From Tubulanus polymorphus (Eukaryota > Animalia > Nemertea): 64,000 nucleotides of DNA. The stretch is taken from contig NC_134031.1 of the NCBI RefSeq assembly GCF_964204645.1, forward strand, positions 15,859,807-15,923,806, read 5' to 3'. Both the position numbers and the translations under genes were made by a program. Under the pieces are notes generated by a model. The model worked only from the letters and a program-made list of their open reading frames with translations, did no database searches and had not been told where the DNA came from. Within the stretch, counting starts at the first letter, position 1, and each line of letters opens with the position of its first letter. Shown here in pieces: positions 48,595 to 61,100 of the stretch.

Positions 48595-50199
48595 CATTGA
48601 TATCGTTGACGTATGGTAACTGTTTTTATTCAGGGTCCCACACACACAAGGTTTTGAAATATGTAAATTAAAGTTAGGCTATAACCGTCAAGTGCTGTCC
48701 CTATACATATCGTTGACGGTGAATGTGGGAACTAACATATTACTTGCATGCCACAGAGGAATATTTTGTAAATCTAGTTAGTTCACAATTCCACCGCTAA
48801 GGATGTATATAGAGACAGCACTTTACGGTCGTAACGGATACATGCACAGTCATATCTCGTTACACCGTCCTGAGTCCGATACCGCCAGTCTCGTTTATCG
48901 CCAACAATTACCGAAAATACGGAACGCCTGCATCAAAAGTCCCGATACCGCCATCCGCAAACACCGTCACCGCCAATGAATTTCCTGTACATTCCTATAC
49001 AAACACATTGATATATTGCCAGTGAAAAAAAATCGATTGTCATATGCAATAAGTCATGCTTTTTTGCCCCTTCGTTAAGACACCAGCCGCTTATTTTTTG
49101 TTAAAGCTGTGCAAATGACGATTCTCAACCCGTTTATTGGACCTCCGTGATTTTGGCGGATAATCGAGGTTGGTGGATAAAAGTGAATTTAACACATTTT
49201 CATCTTCTTCAAGACACCCGAAATTAACTGAAAACGTGTTTATATATCTTATTATCAAGAAGCTCCTGTTTTCTGTGTATAAACGCATGAACTGTTTTAT
49301 TGAAGTTTTCCTATTTCAAAAAATAGTGAGAAGCTTGTTCTCTTATCTAAAATATTTATCTGAGAATACTCGTAGTCACGGGTAGTCCTAAATGTTCGCA
49401 TAAGGGATGAGTTAAGAGCATTAGACCATTTGTTCAGAAAATGCTGAAAGCAATTTGGGCCTAAGCTGTTACTTGACAGTAGCCGGGAGTGACGGATGAA
49501 TGGAGAACGGATAACCTGGAGTTGACTGAACTGCGCGGCGCATATCATCTAGAATACCCCTGGCGTTGTCAGCCAGTATGACGTTCTCAAGTCAAATCTA
49601 GCGTCAAAGATTTCAGTTGTAAATGAGGTTCAATAAATGCAAACACTGGACTCGAACCACTGGTACCAGTCGTAACTGTTGTAGATGTGTTAAAATGTTG
49701 CAATTTTTGCAGATAATAAAATCTTTTATTGTTTCTTAATACCGAAGTACATTTTTTGTTCGTTTTCTTTTTGTTTGAATGCGGTGCGCACATGGATGAT
49801 GCGTGAAATAATTGTACATTGTAGGTAGAGATAGATCAGATTCGCTATAATTCCTTAGACGGCATCACCATTCATCGATTATCTGTCCTATAAGCGAGTA
49901 ATGTCTATCAGAATTCCTGATTGTGCAGTCAGATCACGTTCGATCGATTTGTCCGTTGATGATACATTTACCTTCGTTTTCTCAATTTTCTAATATCGAA
50001 GAAAAACATGAACTGATTTTATTACGAATTTTATTCTACATTGTATATAATCATTAGATTCATAGCGCATCAAATAATGCAAACATGTATATATAATTTG
50101 TTTCTCTGCGGGTTTTCTTAGTACAAAATATGCGCAAATTAGTTTTTTTCGTCATATATAATACACATGGATTTTTTTTAAATATCGAAAAATCTCATT

Positions 50200-51153
50200 T
50201 TACAGTTTTTTAAAAACTGGTTTCTTTTTCTCCATCATCGACTGCACGGCGGTCAACATATCCTCGCTCTGAAGCATTGACTGATTCCACAAATTCATGT
50301 ACTCAAGTCCTTCTCCGACGGAATGATCTCTGGAATAAACTAAACACTTCTTCGAGCCTTGCACGGCCATCGGACTTTTCTCGGCGATCGTAGCCGCTAA
50401 TTCTATCGCGTTTTCGACCATGGTTTCCTTGTTTTTAAACACGCGACTCACGAAGCCGCATTCCTTCGCTTCGTCGGACAAAAACTTCCGAGCCGTGTAC
50501 ACGAGCTCGCGAACTAAACTATCGTTGCCGATCACTTTCGGGAATCGTTGCAGCGTGCCCACATCAGCGGCTATGCCCAGGTCGACTTCTTTAATTTGGA
50601 ACCAGGCGTCTGTTGTGCAGATACGTATGTCGCAAGCCGATACCATATCGACCCCGCCTCCGATACAGGCGCTGTGAACGGCCGCGATCACAGGCTTCGG
50701 GCATCGTTCAATAGCCGTGAATGAATCTTGTAACTTCGGTATCAAACGATTCAGCGCGAAAGCTTGTCGCCCCGGGTCGCTAGTCTCTTCGCGACGCTTC
50801 ATCAATAACTGGGCGAAGTCTTGAAGATCCATGCCGGCCGTGAACATAGCCCCGTTTCCGCTGAGCACGACCGTGCGACAATCTTCATCGACGGCCAGTT
50901 TGTCGAAACATTCGACCATTTCGCTCCAGAATTTCAAATTCATCGCGTTCCTTTTCTCCGGTCGGTTTATATCGACTTGAATTACAAATTCGCGTGGTTT
51001 CGAAATGGCTAATGTCTCGAAATTGTATCCATCGTCGCTTGTAGATGTTAGGCCGGCAAATCTTCTCCCTTCAACAACACCTCGAAATACTGATAATCCC
51101 TGCTTATGCGGTTGCTTCATAGATCTACACAACGATCTTATTAATAATGCCAT
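50200..51153 (-). CDS. ECH1: Delta(3,5)-delta(2,4)-dienoyl-CoA isomerase (crotonase family), intronless CDS
   Basis: NRPEKRNAMN, FTAGMDL, CPKPVIAAVHSACIGGGVD, KEVDLGIAADVGTLQR, YSRDHSV.EGL.Y...WNQSML. Likely start MALLIRSLCRS; C-terminus KKL. Confidence 0.93.
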   Translation of the reverse strand: MALLIRSLCRSMKQPHKQGLSVFRGVVEGRRFAGLTSTSDDGYNFETLAISKPREFVIQVDINRPEKRNAMNLKFWSEMVECFDKLAVDEDCRTVVLSGNGAMFTAGMDLQDFAQLLMKRREETSDPGRQAFALNRLIPKLQDSFTAIERCPKPVIAAVHSACIGGGVDMVSACDIRICTTDAWFQIKEVDLGIAADVGTLQRFPKVIGNDSLVRELVYTARKFLSDEAKECGFVSRVFKNKETMVENAIELAATIAEKSPMAVQGSKKCLVYSRDHSVGEGLEYMNLWNQSMLQSEDMLTAVQSMMEKKKPVFKKL

Positions 51154-51998
51154 CTTGTTAAGTAATTTGTTAGTAATTAATTCCTGATGCCAATTTCGAA
51201 GCAATTTAAATCGGTCAATGAATGTATCGTAAATAACCTTCCGTAAGTAACACTTGGTTTAGCTAGGTGCATCCGACGGTCAACAGCTAAATGTCTCAGT
51301 TATCCTTGGCACTGCCAACTTCTACTACTGTATGAACTGAAAAAAATTCCCAGAATATCATAAGTGATCTGAGCCTATCAGTAGTGCTTGAGCAACGGCA
51401 TTGCTGGGTGAGGTCAATCACTGTCACCAAAAGACCAAAAGTTCGGCCGCAGATAAGTTCAGCACGAGTTAAATTTGACTCATATTCAATTCATTTCCAA
51501 TTATGCGTTAACTCGTCGTTAATTTTGAGGCTTCGAATTCTCGAGTTAAGTCATTGGAGATGAAATAATTGACGCCGGAGTCAAAGTTAACTCAATACTG
51601 TAAAAACTGTCACAACACTGCAGTGACGAACTATTACTGAGCGCCGACAAACCTAAAGTTTGGTCTGGAAAACTGGGCTTGGTTCTATCATTTCCTACAT
51701 CAAAACTAAGCCAATGGACGGAAGAAAAAGATTTCTTTAAAGCTTAGGAATATGTTCGGAATATATTCTTACAAGAAAATCCCAATCCTTATAAAATTCA
51801 CAATTGTGCTGCGGTGATTCCTCGATACCGCCAACATATTTCACGGTATACCACACATTGCGTATCGTAAACTCCTATTTTACGACGAGCCGTCCCCGGT
51901 TATGGAACGTCCCGCTTGCATCAATAAACAAAATTTTTTTTCAATAATTCTTCAGCCCCTGTTTCTTTTATTTCATGCATAAAGGATAATTTACAAAT

Positions 51999-54900
51999 AT
52001 GGTTTTGCTGTCTTTAGGTAAGTAGGTCCAGATCCTAGATCATTACTCGATTTGATTTCTCATCAGATTTGAATCCGGGTGGAAAAAATGACGTCGTCAT
52101 GACAGGACTGACTGACGACGGCTGACAAGCCACTGCGTAAGATTCAAGTTCCTTTTCAAATTTTCATTCACAGATATACCCCATGAACAGCTGATATCGG
52201 CTTTATCTGACCAGCAGATGACGTTATTAGATGAACTGGTGATAAATGCTGATGAACAGATTTGGAGTCGATGGTGCAAGGAGAGAAAACGATGTAAGCC
52301 AAAAATATATGGGTTCACCCCCTTGCCCTTTTTTGACAATATCGTTCATTCGTAAACCTTTGATTTCATCTAGAAGTCCGAGAAAAATTCAATTATATGG
52401 CTGTCTTAACCATTTTCCATACTGACTGAAACCATAATATGAGAATCAAGTTATTTAATTTACATGGCCTAGGGCCTAATTAATTCTCGAAAGTGCTGGT
52501 GACAATTTAAAAATTTTGAAAATTTCCACCCGTTGTGTTTGCATAACAGGCATACTGGGCATATTCAGTGCATCTACACTCAGAATGGTTTAGGGCTACA
52601 CTGAAAGTATGCTTAATGCATTTATATTTGCTCTTCAAGGTAAAGCGCCTTCTCCGGAAAGAAAGAAAATGACGCAGACCAATAAAAATAATATTGCACA
52701 AAAATTAGCAGTTCCAGTAGTTGATGCACCGTCTTCGGGTAAAGACGCGCCTCGACCGCCTGGCGTGAAAATCACCGGTAAACACAATATGAACGAGTCG
52801 CTGGAAGAATCCTCGGTGATCAACGAGATAATAATCGCAGCGGTCGAGGGCGACGTGCCGGGAAGTGATGAAATAGAGCGAAACGACGCGGACAAGATCG
52901 ACGAAAATTGCGACGCGATAAAACTGGAAACGGAACCGCACGCGATCGGGATACAAACTATTAAACGGGAATTCGTTGAAGTTTTACACGAAGAAGGAGT
53001 TGAAGGTTCGTATCGGATACCTTCCAGATGTAGAGAGAATCCCACAATGATAAGAAAAAGATAGAAAATATAACTTCAAGATAGTAGTTTATTCCACGTT
53101 TCGACTATATCCTAATAGTCATCTTCAGGAATGATGACTTTCCTGAAGATGACCATTAGGATATAGTCGAAACGTTGAATAAACTACAATTTCGAAGTTA
53201 CATTTTCGGACTTATTCTTATCATTGTGGGATTCTCTCTACATCGCGTCAACACGGATATAGTGTTCTATCAATCGTGACCTTCCAGATACTACAATTGA
53301 ACCTCTTTATGAAGAGCTCGGATACGACGATACATCCGATATAACAAATAAAGAATTTCGTCCCAAGTAAAACTATTTGGTTAATTTCATACTGGATATA
53401 ACGAACTATCGGCTATAACGAACATATTTTCTGGTTGCGTTAAGTTCTCTGTAACGAGGTTCCACTGTAGGCCTATACGTTATTCGCTCATTCATTTTAA
53501 CCCTTCATTGCTGACTAATTAATCCTTTCAGTGCATCTACAGCGCAGTGCGTTGTATGAATCGGTGATGGATTTTGCGAGTACACCGCACTGCGGTCTAT
53601 TGATTCAATTAGTAATTAGTAATTATCTCTCTTGAAAAATGGCAGCACCTGTCAAACATAGTGAAACACTAGTTACTAATGATACACTGCGCTGCGGTGT
53701 AGACGCACTATAGTGGTATTCCCGTTATTCAACACACTAGGGTGGAATTTTTCAAAATTTTCAAATTATCTCCAGCACTATAGGGTATTGATTTGTCAGC
53801 ACTGAAAGGGCTAATACCCGAACGTGCTGGAGTTAATTTCAAAATTTGAAAAATTTCACCCCAGTGTGTTGAATAATTGGCATACCACCAAAGTGCATCT
53901 AAACTGCGGCTAGTTACTAATACAGTGCTACCTCCTTCCAGCGAACTTCATGGTACCAGAGAATATCTTCTTTATACCCAATAGTTTGTTATATCCAGTA
54001 TGAAATTAATTAAATTGCATTACTTGCAACGAAATTCTATATTTGTTATATCCGATGAATTGTTTTATCCTAGTTCGTCATAACGAGAGGTTCCAATGTA
54101 CTTTTCTTTTTTTTTGAAATGAAATGAAATTTATTTACACTCACCATCTCAAGGAGAGGTATACAGAGGGATTTGGCTATGTTTGATAATAATAATAACA
54201 GTTTTATAACTATTTTTCCTTGACCTGGCGTTGTAAAGAACGAACCCCTTTATACTTTGATATGTTTGACAGGTGCTGCCATCTTTCGAAAAAGAAAACT
54301 AATTACTAATAACATCGATACGCCATGATGCGGTGTACTAGCAACGTCATCCACTGATTTATACACCGCACTGCAGTGTAGATGCACTGATCAGTTCTTT
54401 CCACCTCTGGAGTTAAATTTTAACCAGTCTAGCTAAGACACGGTACAACTCACGTTCATTTTCAGATTCTGCCTTGAGCGTCGAAATAGTTAATCAAGGC
54501 GTGTTTATCTGCACGATTTGTCATCGACAATACAAAACAGCCGAACTGTTAGAAATCCACAGCCACGTTCACACCTATGCCAGACCGTACAAATGCCACC
54601 AATGCGACTTCGCTTTCAGCAATAAACATTTCCTAGCTCGACACAAATTGATTCATTCGGGTAATTATCATATTACAGAAAATACTATATCCATAGAAGA
54701 ACACACCCGCGATTATGAAGAAAATCTCAGAGAGAAGGGACGTTTTGACTCAGTTCTATGAGCAATTTTCTTAGATTTTGGGTTTTTTCTGGTATTGAAT
54801 CCTAGACAGTCACTTGTCTATGTTGTTGTTTTTTTCGCTTCAAGAAAGGTTCAATCTTTCATCATAGTTGCAAGATGTACCGGACAAATACCCATAGGTT

Positions 54901-55795
54901 TTCAAATAAAAGACAAATAACTTAGCGGATGTTTATTTTAGGTGAAAAGCCGTTCCAATGCAGTTACTGCGAGAAGACTTTCTCCAGAAAGTGGCACCTG
55001 AAAGCTCACACGCGTATCCACACGGGCGAAAAATATAAATGTCGATATTGCGATAAACAATTCACTCACCACTCGATGTATCAGAAACACGAGAAAGATC
55101 ACACCGGTCCTTTCTTCCAGTGCGAGGTCTGCAACAAAACGTTTGTCTTGTATTCGCACCTGAAGATACACTTTCGCACGCATTCGAAAGAATCACACCT
55201 GTGTGACATCTGCGGCAAGTCGATTTGCACGAAGAACGAATTGCAGCGGCATAAAAAACGCGTGCACCGCGTCGATGCCGAGAACAATCCGATCAGCGAG
55301 TCGATCATCTGCGAATACTGCGGCCAGGCGTTCATGTTGAAGAGGGATTTAACCGTGCATATGAAACGACACTTGGGACAGTTACTGCCGTGTACGGTGT
55401 GCGACGTTCAGTGCCTGAATCAAAGCCGTTTGAATCGGCACATGCTCTCGCATTCGAACGAACGCTCGTACAAGTGTAAAAATTGTCCGAAAACGTTCAA
55501 GCATCGCGCCGGATTCGTGCGTCATGTCAAGACCGTTCACCAAACGCAGCGCGAATTGTGCCCGATGTGTCAGTCGTCATTTGCGAGTACCGATTCGTTG
55601 AAACGTCATTTGAATAGAGTTCACAAAGTCGTTGAGGTCGATAAGGTTTTGGAGAAACAGAAACTGATGATTCGCGAGCTCGAACAGCAACCGGAGGGCG
55701 ATACCCCGTGCGAGGTCGAGGAAGAACTGGAGGAATTCGTTATACCCGCCGAGGATTCTATTAATTTAGATACTTCCATAGAGCAGCAAATATAG
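51999..55795 (+). CDS. C2H2 zinc-finger protein (~10 fingers)
   Basis: Phase-1-linked exons 51999-52017 (start tentative), 52174-52293, 52640-53005, 54466-54660, 54942-55795. Two plus eight CxxC-x12-HxxxH fingers with SGEKP/TGEK linkers. Confidence 0.85.
53030..53278. mobile_element. Short Penelope-derived palindrome with two head-to-head hammerhead motifs
   Basis: Arms GTAGAGAGAATCCCACAATGATAAGAA... around CTGAAGA-T-GACYAT..ATAGTC-GAAACGT on both strands. Tail ACACGGATATAGTGTT. 11-bp target-site duplication ACCTTCCAGAT (53019-53029, 53279-53289). Confidence 0.8.
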
Positions 55796-56796
55796 ATTTG
55801 TCGATATTTTTTGGTTTTATTAATCACGATATCATTGTTCTGTAATGTATGAATATATTTTTGTTTTTCAATGTTCATAGCCCATTTGAGATTATTGCTT
55901 TCACCTTTCATCCGTAGATGGAATCCAGTTCTGTTTTGAAGATGCTTCTACAATGGATTGTCTTGATATTTGGGTTTTACATGTATTTATTCTAGACACA
56001 TCTTCAGCCCAAAAACTGGCCCAGATGGTCCTGTGACCTTTTTATACGCCCAAGAAGGTAATTTTTGTCCTGAATTCCGAGACCTGTAGCTTCCTAATGG
56101 TTTGCCATGTTTCATTGAAATTCCGGATGGCAGGGATCAGATGCCGTGAAAGATTTTTAAAAATGTGAAAATTTCTAAAAAGTAAATTTCTGTGAAAAAA
56201 AAATCTTGCATCTCATTTCTGTGATGTGTATATTTTGGGAAGAGATCTTAAACATACCTGACATATTGTTTGATCACGCTATCAGCAGCCATCTTTGTGT
56301 AATCATTACTTATATGTAGACAGAAAAGGGTGAGGGGTGTTGAATATTGAAATTTTCAAACCCCTTACCAAGTGGGCGTGGTGTCCCTGGACCCCTAGTT
56401 TTGGATATGATTGACTGTTTGCTATTGTTCGGTCGCAAAAGATAGTAAAATAGAAAAAGAGAACAACTCCAATCGTATTATATACAATAAATAAACAGAA
56501 CGTTTATTTCATTCGATACATTTATATATCAGATACATATGAATGTAAACATCAACAACACAGAAATTGATTCTAAATCGTCGTCAGAACTTGCATTCAT
56601 TAACTTCATTTGTTAACCGTTCAAAAAACAGTAGAACCTCATTTCGTCGGAACCCCAGACAAAACTTTTAGTATCGAATATAACGAGATTAAATCCCAGT
56701 TAGATTTTTTTTTTCAGGGTAAGATTCCATTGTACGATCCACAACAGTAACATTGATATTCATTAGTATAAAATGGTTAAAGCAGGATGAAAAGTC

Positions 56797-56799
<3 letters not shown>

Positions 56800-56861
<62 letters not shown>
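56800..56861. repeat. (TA)n microsatellite
   Basis: About 31 TA units, probably within the ABCA2 3' UTR. Confidence 0.95.
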
Positions 56862-56862
<1 letters not shown>

Positions 56863-58145
56863 CAGCACTAGTCGATTAGAGATGAGCAATAGTTTATAGA
56901 TGCTGTACAGAAGCACTAACGTACCTATATGATGGATGTACAGTAGTTAAAACATAATTCTACAAATTTTCATTGTCTTGAAAAGCAAAAACTTCTAAAC
57001 TCATTTATACATTACCAAAAAACAAAATCTACTCATACCCATTACCTTAATACACTTAATAAACCTCCCTACACTGATGCAGACTCAAACCGATTTTGAG
57101 ATTTTCCACGCATTGCTTGATACCGGAAAGCCGCAAAAATTTTAAACGAAAATGCATCAAATTCAAGTCAAATAGAACATTCTCATAAAACAGCCACACA
57201 GTTCACCCAATAACACAACGAACGCACTACCAAATAAAATCATACTTAAGCTCACTGTAACAAAACCATAAAACACAACTAATAAATACCATTATGATAA
57301 TATCCAGTACAAACAAAACAATAAATATCGTGTTTATAACAAGTTTTCAGAATAAATCTACATCTTTCTAATATTACATGTATCATTTTTCAATAGATTT
57401 AATGTTCTTTCTCATGTTGAAATTGAATAATCAAATGCTAAAATTTCTGCACCTAAGCCGATCTGAACATTGAGCAATATTTCCTAAATTATCAACTTCA
57501 ATAATTTAATATTTCCTACATAGATAATATGTATATATACGACAGTACGTATCTTATGAATCAAAAGCGGGATTTCCGGAGAAAACCATTTCATAATTTT
57601 AATCGATCAAATATCTGATCATTACATAAGACGAACAGAGGTGGAATTGAGCGAGTAAGTCTCGTCACTAATGATATGATGCTGAAACCAAGAGACGATG
57701 CGCGTACATTTTCCCCCTAATGTCCACTCAGTTCGAAATCCTATTCAAATCTTTGAGATAAATAAGAAAACAGAAAATGCATTTACAGCCGTATGTGATA
57801 AATAGTAGATTTATACACCGTAACCAGCACAGTGTGAAGTCAACTCAGATGTAAAACCAATTATCCTACTTAATGAACACAATATCTTGGTGGTTCATCC
57901 CTTGCTCTATCACATTTTGCTTCGTTAACACGAGTCATGGATGCATCAGACTTAATATCTTAAAATCTCTGTTAACAAATTACGTTTTTCGAGAATTGTG
58001 ATGATGAGCGTCACCAAGATAGCACCTTATCATAAACTAACAGGGGAAGACGCCTCGAGTAGGTGTAGGCGGGTATAATCGATATAATGCACCATGTGTA
58101 TCTCTACCAGCACTATTATACAAGGCCGTAGGCTTATCTACGTTA

Positions 58146-61100
58146 TTAAATATCCATTTCTTGTGGTTCGGGCGATAAAAATGCTAGACGCGTCTGAAAG
58201 GCAAGAGAAATAATCGAATCCAAAAGAAGTAGAAGTCACGGAACAGACTATAGCCTCCGTAGGGTCAAAGATATCTTACCCCAGATTCAAATCCGAGCAG
58301 CTCATCGTCGCTATCTTCTAACTGTTCAGATCTACGATTCTGGAATGTTTGAGATCCACTCGGCGTTACATCGCCGTGATCTATTTCATTAGCTATTTCC
58401 GCTTGCTGTTTCACGAAGTTTATAAAGACCTAGAATAGAAATCATTCCTAAATAGTTCTAATGCTCCAAAAAGTAGCATTTTGGAAATGCACAAACCAAA
58501 CCACTCATGCAGCAGAGATCCGATTACTTACATTGTCTAGAGTATTCTGACATACAGAATAATCTTCGACTTGTAGATCGCGTGAAGCCTCTTCCATCTT
58601 AGAGAAGAGCTGAGCCAGAGACAGACCGCTTGTAGACAGCTCATATTGCACCATATTATGATGTTGTTCCTATAAGATGATATTATGATTATTGATATAA
58701 ATGATGAAAATCTGAATATTCAGCAAGACGGATCCAGCCTACCACCATTTCTGCTTAAGCAGCCTATCAGGACAATTTGCCAACTTAATTAAATCCTTTA
58801 TAATCTTTTAAATAACAGATTTTAACTTCTAATAAATTAGACAAAGCTTACTAACTTTCACTAATTAATAATTATCTGGGTAAGGACCTCTGCGGTGCTG
58901 TGATACCGGACCGAGCTGGAACTGAAGCTGGATTCGCCCCAGCTCGGCCTCTGTCACAAACACAATATGAAATACAAACCTTCAGAACAGCAGTGGAGAA
59001 TTTTCTTTCAATAAAGCGCTTGATCGCTTCGACCTCTCTGTCGTAGTTCGGACCTTTCACTCGCACTGTTACTGAGTATCCATCACCAAATCTACTCTTC
59101 AGATGTTGGACACTTCCAAGACATTTAAACTGTCCATTTACCATTATTGCTAATCTCGTACATAAAGCCTCGCATTCCTCCATACTGTAAGACAATTAAT
59201 AATAATGTCATTTACCGGTATATAGCGCAGGGATCATTAACGGAGTCTAGTTCAAATGCGTTCCAAATTGGTTATCATTACCCCCAACCTCATAACTCTA
59301 TTCCATGTATCAGTCATCTCTGCCTGTGGAGAAGTAACATCCAAGCAACTACAAGGCGCTTAGGAATCATCTATTAGGCCAGGTACAAATTTACTCCTGG
59401 GTGGAGAGAGGCAATGAGGATACTAGTGTCTTGCCCAAGGACACTATAAGAGGTTTGAACCTACAACCTGGCTTCCAAGATTCAAACGCTCTAACCACTT
59501 GCCCACACGCCGCTCGCTCTAATTACCGGTAAACGATATGCAGACATTGAACATATTCGTCATTCATGATTGCACAATTCTTTGAATAGCAAATATATTA
59601 CCTGTGAGATGTAAGTATAATGCATCGTCCATTGCGAATGAGATCCAGGATTAGATCCCACAGAAATCGCCTCGAATGAGGATCCATACCAGTTGTAGGT
59701 TCATCCAGAAATATTGCAGGTGGATGACCGATCAAGGCGATAGCAGTTGATAGTTTTCTTTTGTTACCTCCGCTGTAGGTTTTTGACTGTTTATCCGCAT
59801 ACGGGGTCAATGTCAACTTGTTCAACGCCCAGTTTACGACCTGCAAATCATCAAAATATCAGTTATACCTAATACAATTTTTAAGATTTACTCCAAAAGA
59901 TGCATAGTTTTACTAACAAAAAATATATTTCTATTTTTTCAAGAGTACATACACGTTTTTCATCAGAAGGTGGTATCCCTCGCAATCGCGCGTACAGTTG
60001 TAAGTGTTCACGAGCTGTTAGTTCATCATACAATGCATCGAACTGAGGACAATATCCGATGTGCTGCTGTACTTTCAACATGTCCGCCAATATGCTACAA
60101 TAATAGGTGGATAATTTAGCAAATGAATATCTGAAAGAAGGACTGATACGAGTTTTTTTACGATACCTGTACGAACTGAGATGCGCATTGCCGCTGGAGG
60201 GAAGAATGTCACCGGTTAACATTTTAAACGTTGTCGTCTTTCCAGCTCCGTTCACACCCAAAAGACCGAAACACTGTATGAAAACAACAGATATTCATTA
60301 GTCATAATGGAGCGATATTCTTCGAATGATTGAGTAAATATCTATCGAATTAGTATCTCACCTCTCCAGCACTGACGCCGAGACATATTTTATCCACTGC
60401 GAGATGATTTCCGAGTTTCTTTGTATTGTAAACTTTGGTCAGATTCTCAATGCGTAACATATCCCTGCGTCCACTGCCTCGTAGAACACGTTTCCTTTCC
60501 ATCGAAACATCGGCATCTTCATCCGCCGCGGTTGGCGTCTCTGGCACTTTACATTTTCTAAAATTGAAATAAAGGAAAGTTGATGATCAAACGAACAACT
60601 GAGAAAACAATTCGAATTTGTATAGAAAGTTTGTTGCGAAAATGATTTACCTTGGCTTCAGGAAGAATTTATATTCACAAAGTAAAGTGATTATGAAGAA
60701 AATCATTCCCATCACTGCCATAGCCACGAGATTTCTGGACATCAACTCCCATCCAAACGGCGACTTGATTCTATCAAACTGCCCTGTAAGAGGAGATTCA
60801 TACAGTACAGAATATTAATCACCGATGAATATCATCAAAATTACATTCAAACTGGTACTGACCAGTTTTGAAGTAGTATTCGTTGTGATACTCGTTGAAA
60901 GCAATGTCCATCAGACCACGACCGAGACAATAGTTCGGGAACATCAGGAATATCATCTTCAACCATTTGTGAATCTTACGCAAATCCTAAAATTAGTTAC
61001 CCCGGTACCGAAAATGTGGAGAGATGATTTGATGAGAAGTTGATGATTTTGAAACTTTGGAAGAATTTGAAATCCATTTTTCGAAAACTTACCGAATCGT

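Noticed and set aside
59440-59514. tRNA gene
   Set aside because: A and B boxes are present but no cloverleaf; it is the head of a SINE.
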